This document shows positions 50,284-64,000 of a stretch of 64,000 bases of DNA, piece by piece; within the stretch, counting starts at the first letter, position 1, and each line of letters starts with the position of its first letter. The notes under the pieces were generated by a model. That model made no database searches and was not told the origin of the DNA. It saw only the letters and a program-made list of their open reading frames with translations. The stretch is taken from NCBI GenBank assembly GCA_016748015.1, contig JAAOMT010000009.1, positions 16,456 to 80,455 of the forward strand, written 5' to 3'. The DNA comes from Geosiphon pyriformis uo1 (Eukaryota > Fungi > Glomeromycota). The translations under genes and the position numbers were made by a program.

Positions 50284-53200
50284 TGTGATCTAAACACTAT
50301 TATGATAGGAATCATAAGTGTAGCATTGACCAACTGTGTGTCAACAATTTTTGTTTAGCAAAGATAATTGTGAGACAGATTTTTCCAATTGATGCTGGTT
50401 TCATATGCTTGCAGCTCATATGTCTTGTGTTTGTTTTTTAAATTTGCTACTGAATACTGCATATAGTGCTATGTGTGCTTCATTTTACAAAAAATTAGGT
50501 TTTGTCTCTGCTTTTTTTTCGGCATTATTTGATATTATTGGTTATTCAATATTTTTTATAATAGCTTATCAATTTTTTAAACCTGTATTAATTTGTTTTT
50601 TATTTTGATAAATAATTATAGCTTTTTGTAAAATATTAATTGAACATAGTTATAATTTATTTTTTCATTTATTATGTTAATTAAAATATTTTAAACATGA
50701 CGTTTGTTTTTTAATTTATTTGAAACAAAATTCTTAATCATTTTCGGTTTTTTCACATAGATACCATATAACATTAATTAATTTTTATTATAAAATACCT
50801 TTATAACTGATTATAACTAATGTTGATTTCTCAATTAATTCTTATTTTTGTAATAATTACAATTTGATGAATTTTTTACAATTGTTACAACTAACCGTAA
50901 TTAATAAATAATAAAAGCAAATTGTTAATCTTTATGTTAATATTTTTATAAATATTTAAATAACATTTATTTATTTATATATATTATTATATTTTAATAA
51001 AAAAGTATCAGTATCATTTTTAATAACATTAATTTAAAATATTATTAAAAAATCTTGAATCATGAAAAATAAAATTTCTTATTAAATATTACAAATTAAC
51101 TAAATACAAAATTCAAGTTCTATTTTTTATGTTTATATAAGTATGATAAAACAAGTGCTTTTACATGTAATTAGTCACCTGGGCCAATCAAACCTAAAAG
51201 TTTAAGTTTTTTTAATGTTATGCTTTTATTAATAAAACTATTCATATTTTTTTTAACAGAAGGATACTCAATTTTTCAATTTTTTTGTTGTATCCAATAT
51301 AAAGTTTAAAACATAACACAAAATCTTTATTATGTTAACCAAATTATTGGTCAATTTAAGTAATTGCAGCAAGATATTGTTAATATTTTCAATTTACTTA
51401 AAGAACCTATTATTGATGTAATTTATAACTGTACCAGTTTTTTTATAAGTAATTTTACCAAATCAACCAAATTAACCACAACTAAACTAAACTTTGAATC
51501 TGAATTTCCAAAAATAAAAGCTTATTAATAATTATCAATATAACAAATTAATTAACAATTTAAACATACAATACAAAACCAATTAATTGGTTTAATACAA
51601 TGTTTTTTGAACCAAGTATTTTAGCAAACATTTTACTAAAATTAAAAAAAGTGGTTTTATAAACAAAAACAAAATAATTTAAACTTTGGCATTTGTAATA
51701 ATACTATAACCAGAAATTTTATCAATTATAATTTTTTTAATATTTTGATTTAAAACTATAACATAAAAAGTATTTAAATTATAATAGTAATATTACTTAT
51801 TTTTAGTAATAATAAAAATAAAATAAACAAAAAAACAAAATAAGTTTAATTATAAATTTAATTTATTGTATTGTTACAAATCAACAAATTTTAATTTAAT
51901 AACAACATTATTAAATATTTTAAAAGTTTTTTTATATTATTAAAAAATATTGTTATAATTAAAACTTTTACTTTTAATTTTTATCTATTTATTTAATTAT
52001 ATTTAGTTACATATATTAACTAATTATATTATAAATTAGCCATTTTATTTTTAAAATTAGTTGTTAATATAATTATTTACTTAATTAATAACTTAATTAT
52101 TTACTTAGTTATTAATTTGATTATTAACTTAATTATTAACTTGATTATTAACCAAATTATTAACCAAATTATTAATGTAATTATAAATTTTTTTTTTAAT
52201 AATATATAAGCAATATATTTAAAATCATAGAAATTCATTCATATTTGAATTAATTTATTTAAAACAAAAATTAATACAATAATATTAATTTTTTTTATTT
52301 CTTTTTTATTTCTTTTTTTGATTTGTATAATTATAAGTTTTTGTGAAATATATTAAATAAATATTTATTAAAAAGTACAATTAATACTTAATATTAAATT
52401 CTAAAGTATTAAAATAAGACATAAAATTATATTAATATATCATTTTTTATTAATAGTACAATTTATTTTTTTATGTTTAAATTCTTTTGCTATTTTTTAA
52501 AATAAAAAGATATTGAAATATTTATAAACTAATATTGCTATTAAATTTTTACTAATTCAATTTTTTTATTAAAGTTGAATTATTTTTTTATTATTTTTAT
52601 TATTATACAATACTATTTTAAATAAAATTAAAAAAATAATTAAACAAGTTTAATTTTAATAACAGTATTTAAAAATTTTTGAAATATAAACCCTAAACAA
52701 AACAATTTAATATTATTTTAACAATTAATCTGAAATTAATAAAGTCAAACAACTAAAAAAAAAATTTTATATAAATATAATATTAATTTTTAAAAAATAT
52801 GAAATATTAAAACAAAAACCACTTATTTAAAAAAATTTGATTGTTAATAATATCTTTATATTTTGAATAAAATTATATCTTAAAATACTATTTTCTTTTT
52901 TTTTAAAAGATTATTTATAACTTTTGTATGTATAAAATAAAAAAATATGCGATTTATATAAATATTAATTAGATTTAAAATTTGTAACTAATATTAAAAA
53001 AATTAAAACTAAAGATAACATAATTAATAAATGTTTTTATAAATAATATTAATATTTTAATTAATTAACATATTAAAAATTCTTTTCTGTTTATATGTAG
53101 TAAGCTTATTTTATTGTAAAACATAATAAATATAATTGGTATTTTGGTATTTTAGTTTATTAAAAATATAATCAAACTAAATATGAATAAAGTTTCTGTA

Positions 53201-54620
53201 AATATCAGATTTTTATCAATAAAATTTTAAAAAAGCTATTTTAGTTAAATAATTTTGCTATTTGGCTTTTATAATACTATATTAAACTATTAGTTCTTAT
53301 ATTTAAATAATGTATATATTTAAAACATGTGTTATATATAAATTTTACAATCAAAAAAATTTAAAGTTTAAAACTACTTTTTTAAAAGTCTTTTTTAATA
53401 AATATTTTTTATGGTATAGATTAAAATTATTAAATAATTATAAGCTAAAAATAAAGTTACTTTTAAGTTTTTTTAATGTTAAAAACATGTTAATTAGATT
53501 TTAAACATAAATTATTAAATTTATAAGTATTAAAATACATGCTTTAAGATCTATTATTCTGTTTAATTAAACTAAAAATTAATAAAATTTTTTTTTTGTT
53601 TTGTCATTTATTAAAGATGTGTTTAAGACTTTAAGTTTTAGAAATATTTTAAATAATTTATTAAAAATAAAAAGATTAAATATTATAATTTTACTAATAA
53701 TTTTTTAAAGTTTTGATTTTCTAATAATTATAGATAATATGACTTTTTTAAGTCAAATTTAAGTTTAGAAGTTAATATTGTAAGTTTTTTGTTTTTTATT
53801 ATATTTAAGCTTTAGATAATAATATTAGTTTTAAAATATGTTCTTGTTTTTAATAATATGTAAATTTTTTTAAATAATTAAACTGTTACAAATTAACATT
53901 TCTGTTAGATTTTTTAGACTTTTAAAATAAATATTAAATTAAGTATTACATTTTTTTAATATAATCAAAAAAAGTTGTTAATAAGTTAATAAGTTAATTT
54001 AAAATTAATTTTGTTTGAGTTTGTAAATCACGTTTAATAGAAACTAGTTGTATTATAAAACATATAAATAATGTTTAGATATAATAACTTAATAATTTAA
54101 TAATATAGATTAAAAATTTATTGGTTTGTATATAAATAGCTAAATTTGCTTATAAGTGCTTTTTTTGGTGTATTAATGTTTGTAATATTAAGAATAATAG
54201 TAATATATATATATATATAATTAGAAATTTGGTTAATATAATAAATCTGTAAAAGTATTTAATGTTTTAGAACTAATTATTGTTAAAACTGTTGATTTTG
54301 ATTGAAGTTTGGTTTTTTAATTCTAAACTTAAATCTAAATGTAAAAAAGAATCTAACTATTAATAATAATTTTGTAATTAAAAATTTAAATGGTTTTATT
54401 TTCAATAAAAAAAAATTAATTTTGTTAATTAGATTTGGTTATAGAGATAAATATAAATTGGTTTTAGATTATTATTTTCTGATAATAATAATAAAAAATT
54501 ATTATGTTAAATCAATAAATTTTTATTAGGTGCAATTAATATATATAATATTTACAATTTTATATTTATATTTATATTTATTTTATATTATATTTTTATA
54601 ATAAACATTATTATTGATTG
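50284..54620. mobile_element. Extremely AT-rich eroded repeat island, probably a decayed retroelement
   Basis: About 4.3 kb nearly devoid of C/G runs and ORFs, with residual 12-bp tandem units (e.g. TTGATTATTAAC at ~52085-52175). No diagnostic RT or integrase motif is readable. Confidence 0.4.
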
Positions 54621-56059
54621 ACAAACAAAAAAAAATATAATATTTTAAAAATTAACTATATGATTTGTTTCATTGACTTTAAAGATTATACATAAATTTT
54701 ATTTGAAATTATTTATTTTAAAGTTAAAATAAAGTCAATTTTAGAATTTTCAAAGGTATAAATGTTATCGAGATATTATTAATAGGATTTTATATCAATG
54801 TATTTAGAATTAATCGTGAAATCACTTAAATCATAGTTATTTTATAAACTATATGAAAAAATAATTAAAAAATCATTTTATATAAAAGTTTTATCTCAAT
54901 TAAAAAATTTTATGTTTATTAAAATAAAATATTGATTATTTTTTAATTTGATTAGTAAAACTTTATTCTTTACAGATTAGATCAGATGATATTTGTTTAT
55001 GGTATTATGAATCAAATTTTAATTTTTGCGCCACTTTTTTGTAAAAATGGGTCTAAAAAATTCATTCAATACTACTCATTGGGTAAAAATTTAAATCGAT
55101 TAAACGTCATTTTGAAACTTGACTGTTTACTAATTTTTGAAACTAGCCAAAAATAATGGAAGGCCAAATAATCTTGATGTGTACAAAATCTAGAAATAGC
55201 AATTTTGACAATAAAGAAAATTCTTATGGCGTAATCAGTTATTTTCAGGTATTTTTGATACCGCTTTCTAAATAAATATTAGTGCAAGTTATGAAGGAAA
55301 TGTAAAAACAAATATCCTTCCATAATTTTGAGCTTTGATCTACGGTGATATAATTTTCTTTTCGGCGATGCACACATTCCAGATGGATATTCCATCTTGT
55401 GATCAATAGTTGAAAGAAAAGAATAAATACCACATCTAAAATTTGAGAAAAAAAGTAAATAATATCGAGAATATATTAACAAAACATTTTTTCTAAAAGG
55501 AAATTTAAAAGTTCATTTTAAAGAAATATTCAATTAATCAAAATAAACTGAAAATGAATTCCAATAAAGGTCGCGGAGACTTTCTAAGTCGCCCAATATC
55601 TAAGCTTATCAATCAAAGAAGTGAGATCAGTCAACGAAGTGAAATCTACATTACACGGGACGAGTTTGCTGATTCAGGGTGTACGAAGATTCTTAAAATC
55701 TTATGTTGCAGAGTACGAAAATATAAATAAAGACATTCAATAATCTTGACCAATGATTTCTGGGAATGTAAAAATTTTTACCTAGTAAAATTTCAACCAA
55801 TATGATTGAAATGAGAAAAGTTACCAACAACAACAACAACAAAAAACAATAAACCTACATAGTCTTTTGAATAATAATAATATAATTTTTTAAATTATTT
55901 ACAATTAATGTCAAATCATTCATACCTTTTCTTTAGCAGTACAATATTTCTTATGCATCACACGAAGTTTAAATTGTTTATTATTATTCATATTTTGCTA
56001 TTATATATTTATATTATCCTTTATATTTTACATTGTCGATAGTTAAATATATTTAAAGA

Positions 56060-56369
56060 GGTATTAAAATTAATAGCGGTGGGTTAGATTCTATCTCCAA
56101 ATTTTATGGGATTACGCAAAAACGCTGAAACATTAGGGTATGAAATTGTGATGGAGTTTGCCGAACATGAAGACATAGGAAAATATTTATCACCAAATTT
56201 TCATTCTACGAGTTGTGAAGATAAATTATTGATCACGTATGGGACTTTATTCAATTTATTCTTCATGTATTGTTCATTGTGATCTACACTCGGCAACATT
56301 ATACAATATAAAGCCTATTAGAGACCTCGGATTATGTCAATGAAGCAACAACAACAACAACAACAACGT

Positions 56370-56404
<35 letters not shown>

Positions 56405-56800
56405 TCAACATCAACATCAACATCAACAACAACAACAAAAACAATAACAACAACAACATAACAAAAACAACAATAACAAAAACATGAAAAGCAACGGAGA
56501 AAAAAAAGATATATATATATTTATACATTCAACCAGAAGTTTTAAGAGGAGAAAAGTTTACGATAGCTGGTGATCCTTATATTTTTGCCATTTTATTATT
56601 ATGGGAATTAACAAAAGGAATGCCTCTTTCTCGTGATGAATATTGTTTTTAATGGTATTAGACCTAAGATTATCTTCCTACTTTTTTTTCACATTGTTAC
56701 ACTAAACTCATTGAAAAGTGTTTGAACGCTAATCCTTGGAATCGTCCTGCTGCTTGGGAAATTTTGAAATGGTTTGATGAACTCGGAGGAGATTTATGAG
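56060..56800 (+). pseudogene. TKL kinase pseudogene with microsatellite expansion
   Basis: Broken frames: KFYGITQ, YEIVMEFAEHEDIGKYL, IVHCDLHS, DLGLCQ, QPEVLRGEKFTIAGD, LWELTKG, GIRPKI and LIEKCLNANPWNRP. Confidence 0.85.
56346..56482. repeat. (CAA)n/(CAACAT)n compound microsatellite
   Basis: Directly visible repeat inside the kinase pseudogene. Confidence 0.9.
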
Positions 56801-57622
56801 CGGTTTAATCCAAATGATGATTCTACAGATGAAAACTAAAACTAAGGGTGTCCAATAACAAAAACTTTAACAATGAATAATAATTCATCCAGAAAAAATT
56901 TTATTCAAGGGTATTTTTATTCAAGTCGTATTTTAATTTTACAAATAATTTATAAATGATAAAACTTTTAATTAATTTATCCTACTTATTAATTAGTTAA
57001 ACTTTCTTTTATTGAAATTTTCAAATATTATATATAAAATATAATTTATTTAACTTCCATAATAGACCCAATAATGTTATTTAGTTATTAAATTTTAATA
57101 TTTAAAAATATTCGAAAATTTATTTCGTGATTCAGTTCTTGATTAGTTTAAACTTTTATTTTTAAAGGGCGATTTATGATATTTTATTTTTTTATTTAAA
57201 TAAATTTAATTTTGTATTTTTTCTACTACTTTCAAATATTATTCATGTTCAATTCTTTCTAAACAATTTTATCAACTTTTTAATTTAAAACATTTTCTAA
57301 TTCTTCAAATATATTTTTCTTGTAAAAACTTATAATGTAAACTTATTGATTGAAGACAAAGTAAAATTATCAAAAAAAAAATAAGAATTTACATGTACCG
57401 CTTTATTGTTTAGAATGTTTTCATTGACACTTTACTTCCTAACCTTAAAATATTATGTCATCAACCCTAACTATTAAACTTTAATTAACTAGATCACAAA
57501 CACGATCACCAATTGTCATTATATTCTTTCCTATCCAGATAAATTTTTACACTATCATTTGAGTAAAAAACTTGAACTGAATCCCAATTTTCCTTTAAAA
57601 TATTAATATTATTAAAGTTTTA

Positions 57623-57765
<143 letters not shown>

Positions 57766-59005
57766 GGGTCTTGTATTTATATTTCAAAATAATTATTCAA
57801 ATAATAAACGAAAAAAATTGGGAATTATTGTTAAAACATATAAGCAGTTTTCTGAATTCAAAGTTTTCTTCATTTTAATTAGGTAAAAAGTTTTTCAATA
57901 AAAGCTTTTTTGAAATTTGCCAAAGATAAATAAGTGAGTTGAAATTTTTTTACCTAATTCTAATTGAAAAAGTATTAAGATGTTTTGATTTAAATAAATC
58001 AAAGATATTTACTAATATATTCAAAAAAAATCTTGAATACTCTACCACTTGTTAGCCAAAGATGCACAAATAAAAAACTTTTGTAAAAATGAATTTTATA
58101 CGGTAAAATTGTTCAAGAAAGAGGCAAGAATTGGGCGTATTATTGGATGGCATGCTACTTGTGTTAATTATAATCGTTTTAAAGGCTTATAATTAAAGAA
58201 AAATAGTTGTTGAAAATTTATTTTTGATAAACGTTCTGAATGTCGAATTCTCCAGGAAATTAAAAAATTGCAGCAATAAGAAATATGACAAATCCAAACT
58301 CCTATGTCAGCTAGTACTTTAATAATAAAAACCATATATAATATGTAAAAAACCAATCATTAACGAAATAAACTGAATCAAAAAATTAAATTAAGCCATA
58401 ACTTGCTTCTACATCGATACTTGAACAGGCATCCTACAAATATAGCCTAATAAAAACTTTCTAAATTTTTTTTTCTTTGCATTTACTTTTTTAAAATGCT
58501 ATAATTAATAGAACACGACATCTTGTATAACCTACCTACCTACCTACCATATCACAATTCCTCATTCGAATATCCATATTATTTAGAATCCTTCAGTCAA
58601 TTTACTTCTAAGCCATCTATCTTATATCTAGCCTAGTTTCTTCAACTTATAAAATTCATCTTCTACTGTACAGCAAGCCAAACCGTAATACTAGTATATC
58701 ATGGGTATGAAATATCATTATTAGCCAAAAATTTTTGCTTTTCACATATAAATAAAAACACCTAAATATGAAAAATAATGAGTATTAAGAGTTTTTAGAA
58801 ATATTTATATTTTACAAAGAATTGAATTTTACGTTAACCATACTTATCGATTAGAGGATTTTGCTGCTGACTCTAGAATTAAATTTATTATTTCTCAATC
58901 TAAAGAACCCTAACGGTGATGGAAAAGATAAAGATAAAAATTGACTTGAGACTAAATTGGAGAAAAAGTGATAAAATTATCTGCTTCTTCATTTAAAACT
59001 ATATA

Positions 59006-60278
59006 CAATCTGGTAAGAAAAAATTGGAAAAATATGAAACTACTAAAATTGCATTTTGGTTTAATCATTTTGGTAAGTTTTGTGATAGTAAAAATGGAAA
59101 CAGAATATTAGCTAAGTGGCTGAGCTCTAAAAAATTTTCTCGCGTATTAACTAATAGTTTTTTTTAAAACTTGTCTTTGAAATGCCGACTTCAAAGCAAG
59201 AAATGCAACGGCAACTCGTATTACATTTTTGGAAGCAAGGAATACAAAAGGCAAAAGAAATACAGAATAAAACGAATATACCCCTTTCTACAATTTATAA
59301 TATCCTCAAAAAACTCAAAAAAAAGGAACAATAAAGCATGCAAGTGGTAATAGTCAGTAAAAAAATCACGGGAAATTCTTTGAAAGTATTAGGGCAGATT
59401 ATTCGTAGAGATTCCTCAGTTTTGTCTAGATATTTAGCAATAAAGTTGGCTAAGAAGGGAATAAATGTTTCTCATGTTACTATTCAAAACCATTTATCCA
59501 ACCTTAATTATAAAAAAGTCTTTCTAGAGCAACTCCAATGCTGACCGAAGAGCATAAGCGAAAACGTGTAGAATGGGCCAAAAGACACCTGAACAGCAAT
59601 TGAAAAAGAACAGTTTTTACTGATGAAACATCTTTTCAACTTTTTCAAAACACAGTAAAACGTTGGCATAAAAGTACTCGACCAATTTGTCATATGCCTA
59701 AAGATTGAACAAAAATTCTCGCATGGGGGGTTTCTACGAAAAAAGAAAAACTAGTTTATTCTGTTTTGTTCAAATAATGAATGCTCAATTTTATATAGAT
59801 ATTCTTCATAACCACTTACCTGAAATTAGAGCAATGCTGGGGGATAATTGGTAATTCTAACAAGATGATGACCCCAAGCATACTAACAAGCTTGCCAAAG
59901 AGTTTATTGCTGAGAATATAACTGATTTGTTAGGGTGGCCATCTAATAGTCCCGACTTAAACCCAATAGAAAACCTTTGGGCTATTGTTAAAAAGAATGT
60001 AGAAAAAAGAATGCCTCAAAATCGTACTGAATTAGAGAGATTTATGGGGGAAGAGTGGCAAGATATTCCTGAATCCACCTTAATTGGTTTAGTAGGATCA
60101 ATAAGGCGGCGTTGTGAAATGATAATTGAGACAAATGGTGAAAGAATTTCCTATTAATTTTTTTTAATAAAATTATATGGTATTTGACTTTCGAATAAAA
60201 GTTGTTTTATGTAATTTGGTATATTAGTTAAGACATAGTAATTATTTTTACATTTCCAATTTTTTTCTTACCAGACTG
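59006..60278 (+). mobile_element. Full-length but inactivated Tc1-like (DD34E) transposon
   Basis: TA|CAATCTGGTAAGAAAAAATTGGAAA ... TTTCCAATTTTTTTCTTACCAGACTG|TA TIRs. Transposase pseudogene 59182-60157 with FTDET, QDDDPKH and WPSNSPDLNPIENLW (34 residues between D and E), plus stops and frameshifts. Confidence 0.93.
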
Positions 60279-61999
60279 TATTATACTTTTTAATTAAAGT
60301 AGCCCATAGAAACTACAATATTCTCATGCGATATAATTACTTGGAATTGTTAGCCTCGTATTAATGCAATAAAAATAATCAGGCACTCCTTCATCATTTG
60401 TCATTTCCGAGCAGACAATCAGTTTTTAGTAAGGTCAAATTTATGAATCAGTCAAACAAATTTATTTTCGCTCAAAAGGTTTAAACGTTAAAATTTTCAC
60501 AGATCTCAATCTTTACAGTTGAGAACAAATTTTTTTGGCTTTTTATGGAGACTTCAAAATAAAATTTTTATTACTATAAAATAATATAATATAAAAATTA
60601 TAAATAAAGAATCATAAATTATAATATGATTTAAAATGTAATAATAAAATTTTTTATTTAAAATAATCTAAATCAATCTTTTTTAAAAACATTTATAACA
60701 TTTATATATTTTATTTATATCTATATAAAATTGCTTTTGGAATGGCTGTTTTTATTTTAATACAAATAAATAAAAATAAGTTTACTTAAAAAAAAATTTT
60801 ACAAAGTTATTTGATAAAATAATTTTTATTTATTATATTTTGAAAAAAAATTTGTTATTCCTCAATAATTTTTATTGTTTAATTAAGAAAAATATAAAAT
60901 ATAATTTTTGGTAAATCATTTTTTCAATTATATAAATTTTTTAGTATTTAAAATATTTTTTTAATAATAGTTTTTATAATATAGTTAATATATTTTAATA
61001 TTTTTAGGTGTTAATTGGTTTAATATATTTCTTAAAGTTTTTTTAAATTGTTGTATATTATATATATTTTAGAATGCTTTGAATTTTTTTTATATGCTTA
61101 TAAAAGTTTAGTCCAACCACAAACTATTTTCCTACAACCAGTTTCTCATACATTACAACCGGATCACGCACTTACGATACGTGACCAGCCACCACGAGCC
61201 GACAAAGACTACTCTAGATATTTCCTATTTTTATAATTTTAAATTTTTTCATTTTTATATAAAATAAATTTGGATTGTATTTCAGTTTTTTCCGATAATA
61301 AAAAAACATTTACTTTAATTAGAAAAGAATATACTTAGAATGAAGACTTCATCTTCCATCCAAAACATACCTCTCAATGATGTACGTGATGAACTCCAAG
61401 CAAGACATGATGTCATAATTGCTCTTGGACAAAATTAAAAAAAATCGTAAGCAATAGAATTATTATTCTAATATGCAAAAGGCTTACATTCCTGATATTG
61501 ATAAAAGCGTTCTTACCTTCTATGATCTAACGAGAGATTAAAGATTATGAAATAAAAATTCTCCTTTGACATCTATAAAATATATAGCTTGATTAAGAGG
61601 CCTGTTTTTAATTAAACCAAAACTTGTTTAATGTTTCTGAAGTCTGTCGTTAAAGTAACCATATATCAACTTTTATTAACGTTAAAACTTGATTTGCATG
61701 CAAGAAATTATTTTTATGAAAAGGATTTCTTTGAATAGGTTTCAAATTTTTCAAGGGATAATGAGTGCTTTTAAACGATTAACATTTGACCATAAAATGA
61801 TGTAGAGCGGTTATATATTAATAAAAAATTCATCTCAATTCGGATCACCACGCGTTACTTTGATGGGCTTTTGAAAGAAATTACGAATATCGCTTCTGAT
61901 TAATTTTTGCAAAGAAATAGCACTATTCATTAAGAAATAACAAAAAGAGGAACTTAAAATTATTTACAATTCTAAATTAAAGTTTTTTCCGTTTCATTA

Positions 62000-62003
<4 letters not shown>

Positions 62004-62040
<37 letters not shown>
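62004..62040. repeat. (CT)n microsatellite
   Basis: Directly visible. Confidence 0.95.
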
Positions 62041-62051
<11 letters not shown>

Positions 62052-62129
62052 ACAAAAAAGGTGAGATTTTAGAGACCATTCAAGAGTTTCTATGGGTGAT
62101 TATAAAAACTTTCTAGTTACAAGGTAACT

Positions 62130-63075
62130 CTAATTTCGGCCCCAACTTGACCAACCGGTAAACCCATAAAGGATCTCATAAATCAGTTTCAAATCTTTAA
62201 GCTCATATCCATTGCATGTGGTGCTTTCCAACTTTGAAATGGAAGGTATATTACAAAACCCGAGGACCCATTTTTCAAAATCGTTTTGCTCAAATTGATG
62301 TGTGGTAAGCCATTTTTGAAAAGTAACATTATTTCGATAAGAAGTAGACCATTTTTGCAAAATCAACATCATAATAATCAGTTAGCCATCTTTGAAAAGT
62401 ACCTGCAGTTGTATAATGACTGCTAAATACCCACGGCCAATACGATACTGGGTAATATGAGAAGAATGCAGGTAATAGCGGTAATTGAAATTTCTGTATG
62501 ACCCCCATAATGACCCATTGTTATAGTTGTTGCTGTTGGTGTTGGTGTTGGAAATCCCATTATTATCAGCGCGGAAATCATCGATATTACCACAACCGTT
62601 ATTGTTTCCGTTACCACCCCCGTTGCCATTGCCATTGCCGTCAAGTTTTTATATCCACTTCTAACATTATTGTTTCCGTTTGATTTTCCATTACCAGAGC
62701 TGTCATTATTATTGCTTTTAAAATTACCGTTGTTTGAACCAGAATTATTGTTTCCATTTTCCACTACCAACATTTCCGTTTCCGTTTCCGTTTCCATTTT
62801 CATTTCCATCTCGTTTCACATGACTTGATCTTAAGTAGTAGTGACGACCGTTACCATTGCTGTTTCCATTAAACCAGTCATTATTGCGATTGCCGTTGCC
62901 ATTGCCATTAATGGAGCCAAAGTTGAAATTACCATTGTTTTTGCCATTGAAAGAGCCTTTTATTATTGTTGCCATTATTATTTTCCGTTTTCGTTGAAAT
63001 TACCACGAACTTGAAGTCTGCGTCCTATTGCAACAAGAACAGTTGTATTCAATATCGTAGCCAAGAGAATAATCT
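62130..63075 (-). pseudogene. Frameshifted Asn/Gly-repeat secreted precursor with Kex2 site and Trp-rich C-terminal part
   Basis: Joining frames gives IILLATILNTTVLVAIGRRLQVR-GNFNENG..FNGKNNGNFNFGSINGNGNGNRNNDWFNGNSNGNGRHYYLRSSHVKR-DGNENGNGNGNGNVGS..., a second YYLHSSH, and then TFQ(R/K)WLT repeats. The start exon was not located. Confidence 0.65.
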
Positions 63076-64000
63076 AGGCTAATCTAGAGAGGTAATTGTA
63101 TTTGCCAAACGTCGTTTTTTATGAAAAATGATTCTAAGCTGAAAATCGGATGAACTTTTAGGAAGCTAGAAAGAGAAGAGCTTTTATACAAAGTTATATG
63201 GTGATATAAACTTGATGCAAATTAAAAGTATCGAAAATATTGATGGAGAACAATTTCTTTCCGTTCGAACTTGAGAGTTTCCCCTGGTGCAAAAGCAATG
63301 CAAAGTGAGCTGCTGATTCCACATATGTCCTCAATGCTACGAACATTTACACAAATCTAATCCAAAATTGCTAAAATAGGAAAAGGCTTAAGACAGCAGT
63401 CAAAATTTCTCTTAATTTGGGATAAACTGTTCGGGCCGTTGAAGTATTGTTGGTCGACTTTTAAAGATCGACGCAGTTATTGCTTCATTCACTAATCAAA
63501 CTAATTTCCGATCTGGTGATTTAGCTCGGGTTTTTATTTCTTTTCCTGAAAATTTGATTTTCAGCCTAACACATCTATGCCATTCAAAGCAGTCGTCTTT
63601 TTAAAGAATCATATGGCATATTTTTAATATAAAATCCTTTGCTCCTCCTAATCGTTTTGATCACATGTATTACGGAAAATTAGGAAACTTCTCTAACAAG
63701 GGGAATAATGAACCATCGAAATGAATTATAATGCACCGAATGAAAGTTTACAAGTTTCAAAATTTTAATATACAAAGAAATTTCTCACGATAAATGCAAT
63801 TAGATGTGGCAGAATTTGGTAATTGGATAAATTTACAGGAAAGGTCTGTTTTACAAAAGTGATTTCTAGGCAGATTTTGAGGCATGTAGATGTTGATCTC
63901 TTCCAAAAAAAGTATTTGTGTTTTTAAAATTTAGCTTAATGAGGGTATGTATTTTTGTAAAACATGAATTCATTTGGAAGTAATATTCCTTCTAATTGAT

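Noticed and set aside
50284-50760. Possible LTR (TG...CA)
   Set aside because: No second copy, PBS or PPT could be identified in the eroded sequence.
55245-55482. Short coding-like fragments (also ~12940-13100, ~18520-18730, ~58070-58340, ~61340-61540)
   Set aside because: No recognisable motifs or consistent exon structure.

Overview
This is eukaryotic, very AT-rich DNA with short GT-AG introns. The gene set (Sel1-repeat protein, tyrosine-kinase-like kinases, two MATA-type HMG-box genes) and the heavily decayed transposons point to an arbuscular-mycorrhizal-type fungus (Glomeromycotina); this taxonomy is inference. About 14 apparently intact genes can be modelled: a Hook-like protein, a Sel1 protein, a 4-exon orphan with a possible tyrosine-recombinase core-binding domain, a GH16 Crh/Utr2-like transglycosylase, a TKL pseudokinase, an SMP/LEA protein, two HMG-box factors, a pirin, a GPI-type small protein, a Cys-rich Kex2-repeat precursor and several hypotheticals. 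There are also four Tc1/mariner relics (three with recognisable TIRs and TA duplication), a decayed LINE, AT-eroded repeat islands, pseudogenes, microsatellites and a 774-nt assembly gap. The most notable signal is absent from the ORF track: a decayed, internally deleted IS607-like element on the minus strand (~7800-8500). It carries serine-recombinase TnpA motifs joined to the C-terminal RuvC/zinc-finger of a TnpB/Fanzor nuclease, followed by a candidate omegaRNA tail. Other highlights are two Kex2-processed repeat precursors (Cys-rich and Asn/Gly-rich), an inverted, internally deleted pirin duplicate 13 kb from its parent, and strong C>T/G>A erosion of repeats. All family assignments come from manual motif recognition; no database search was run.
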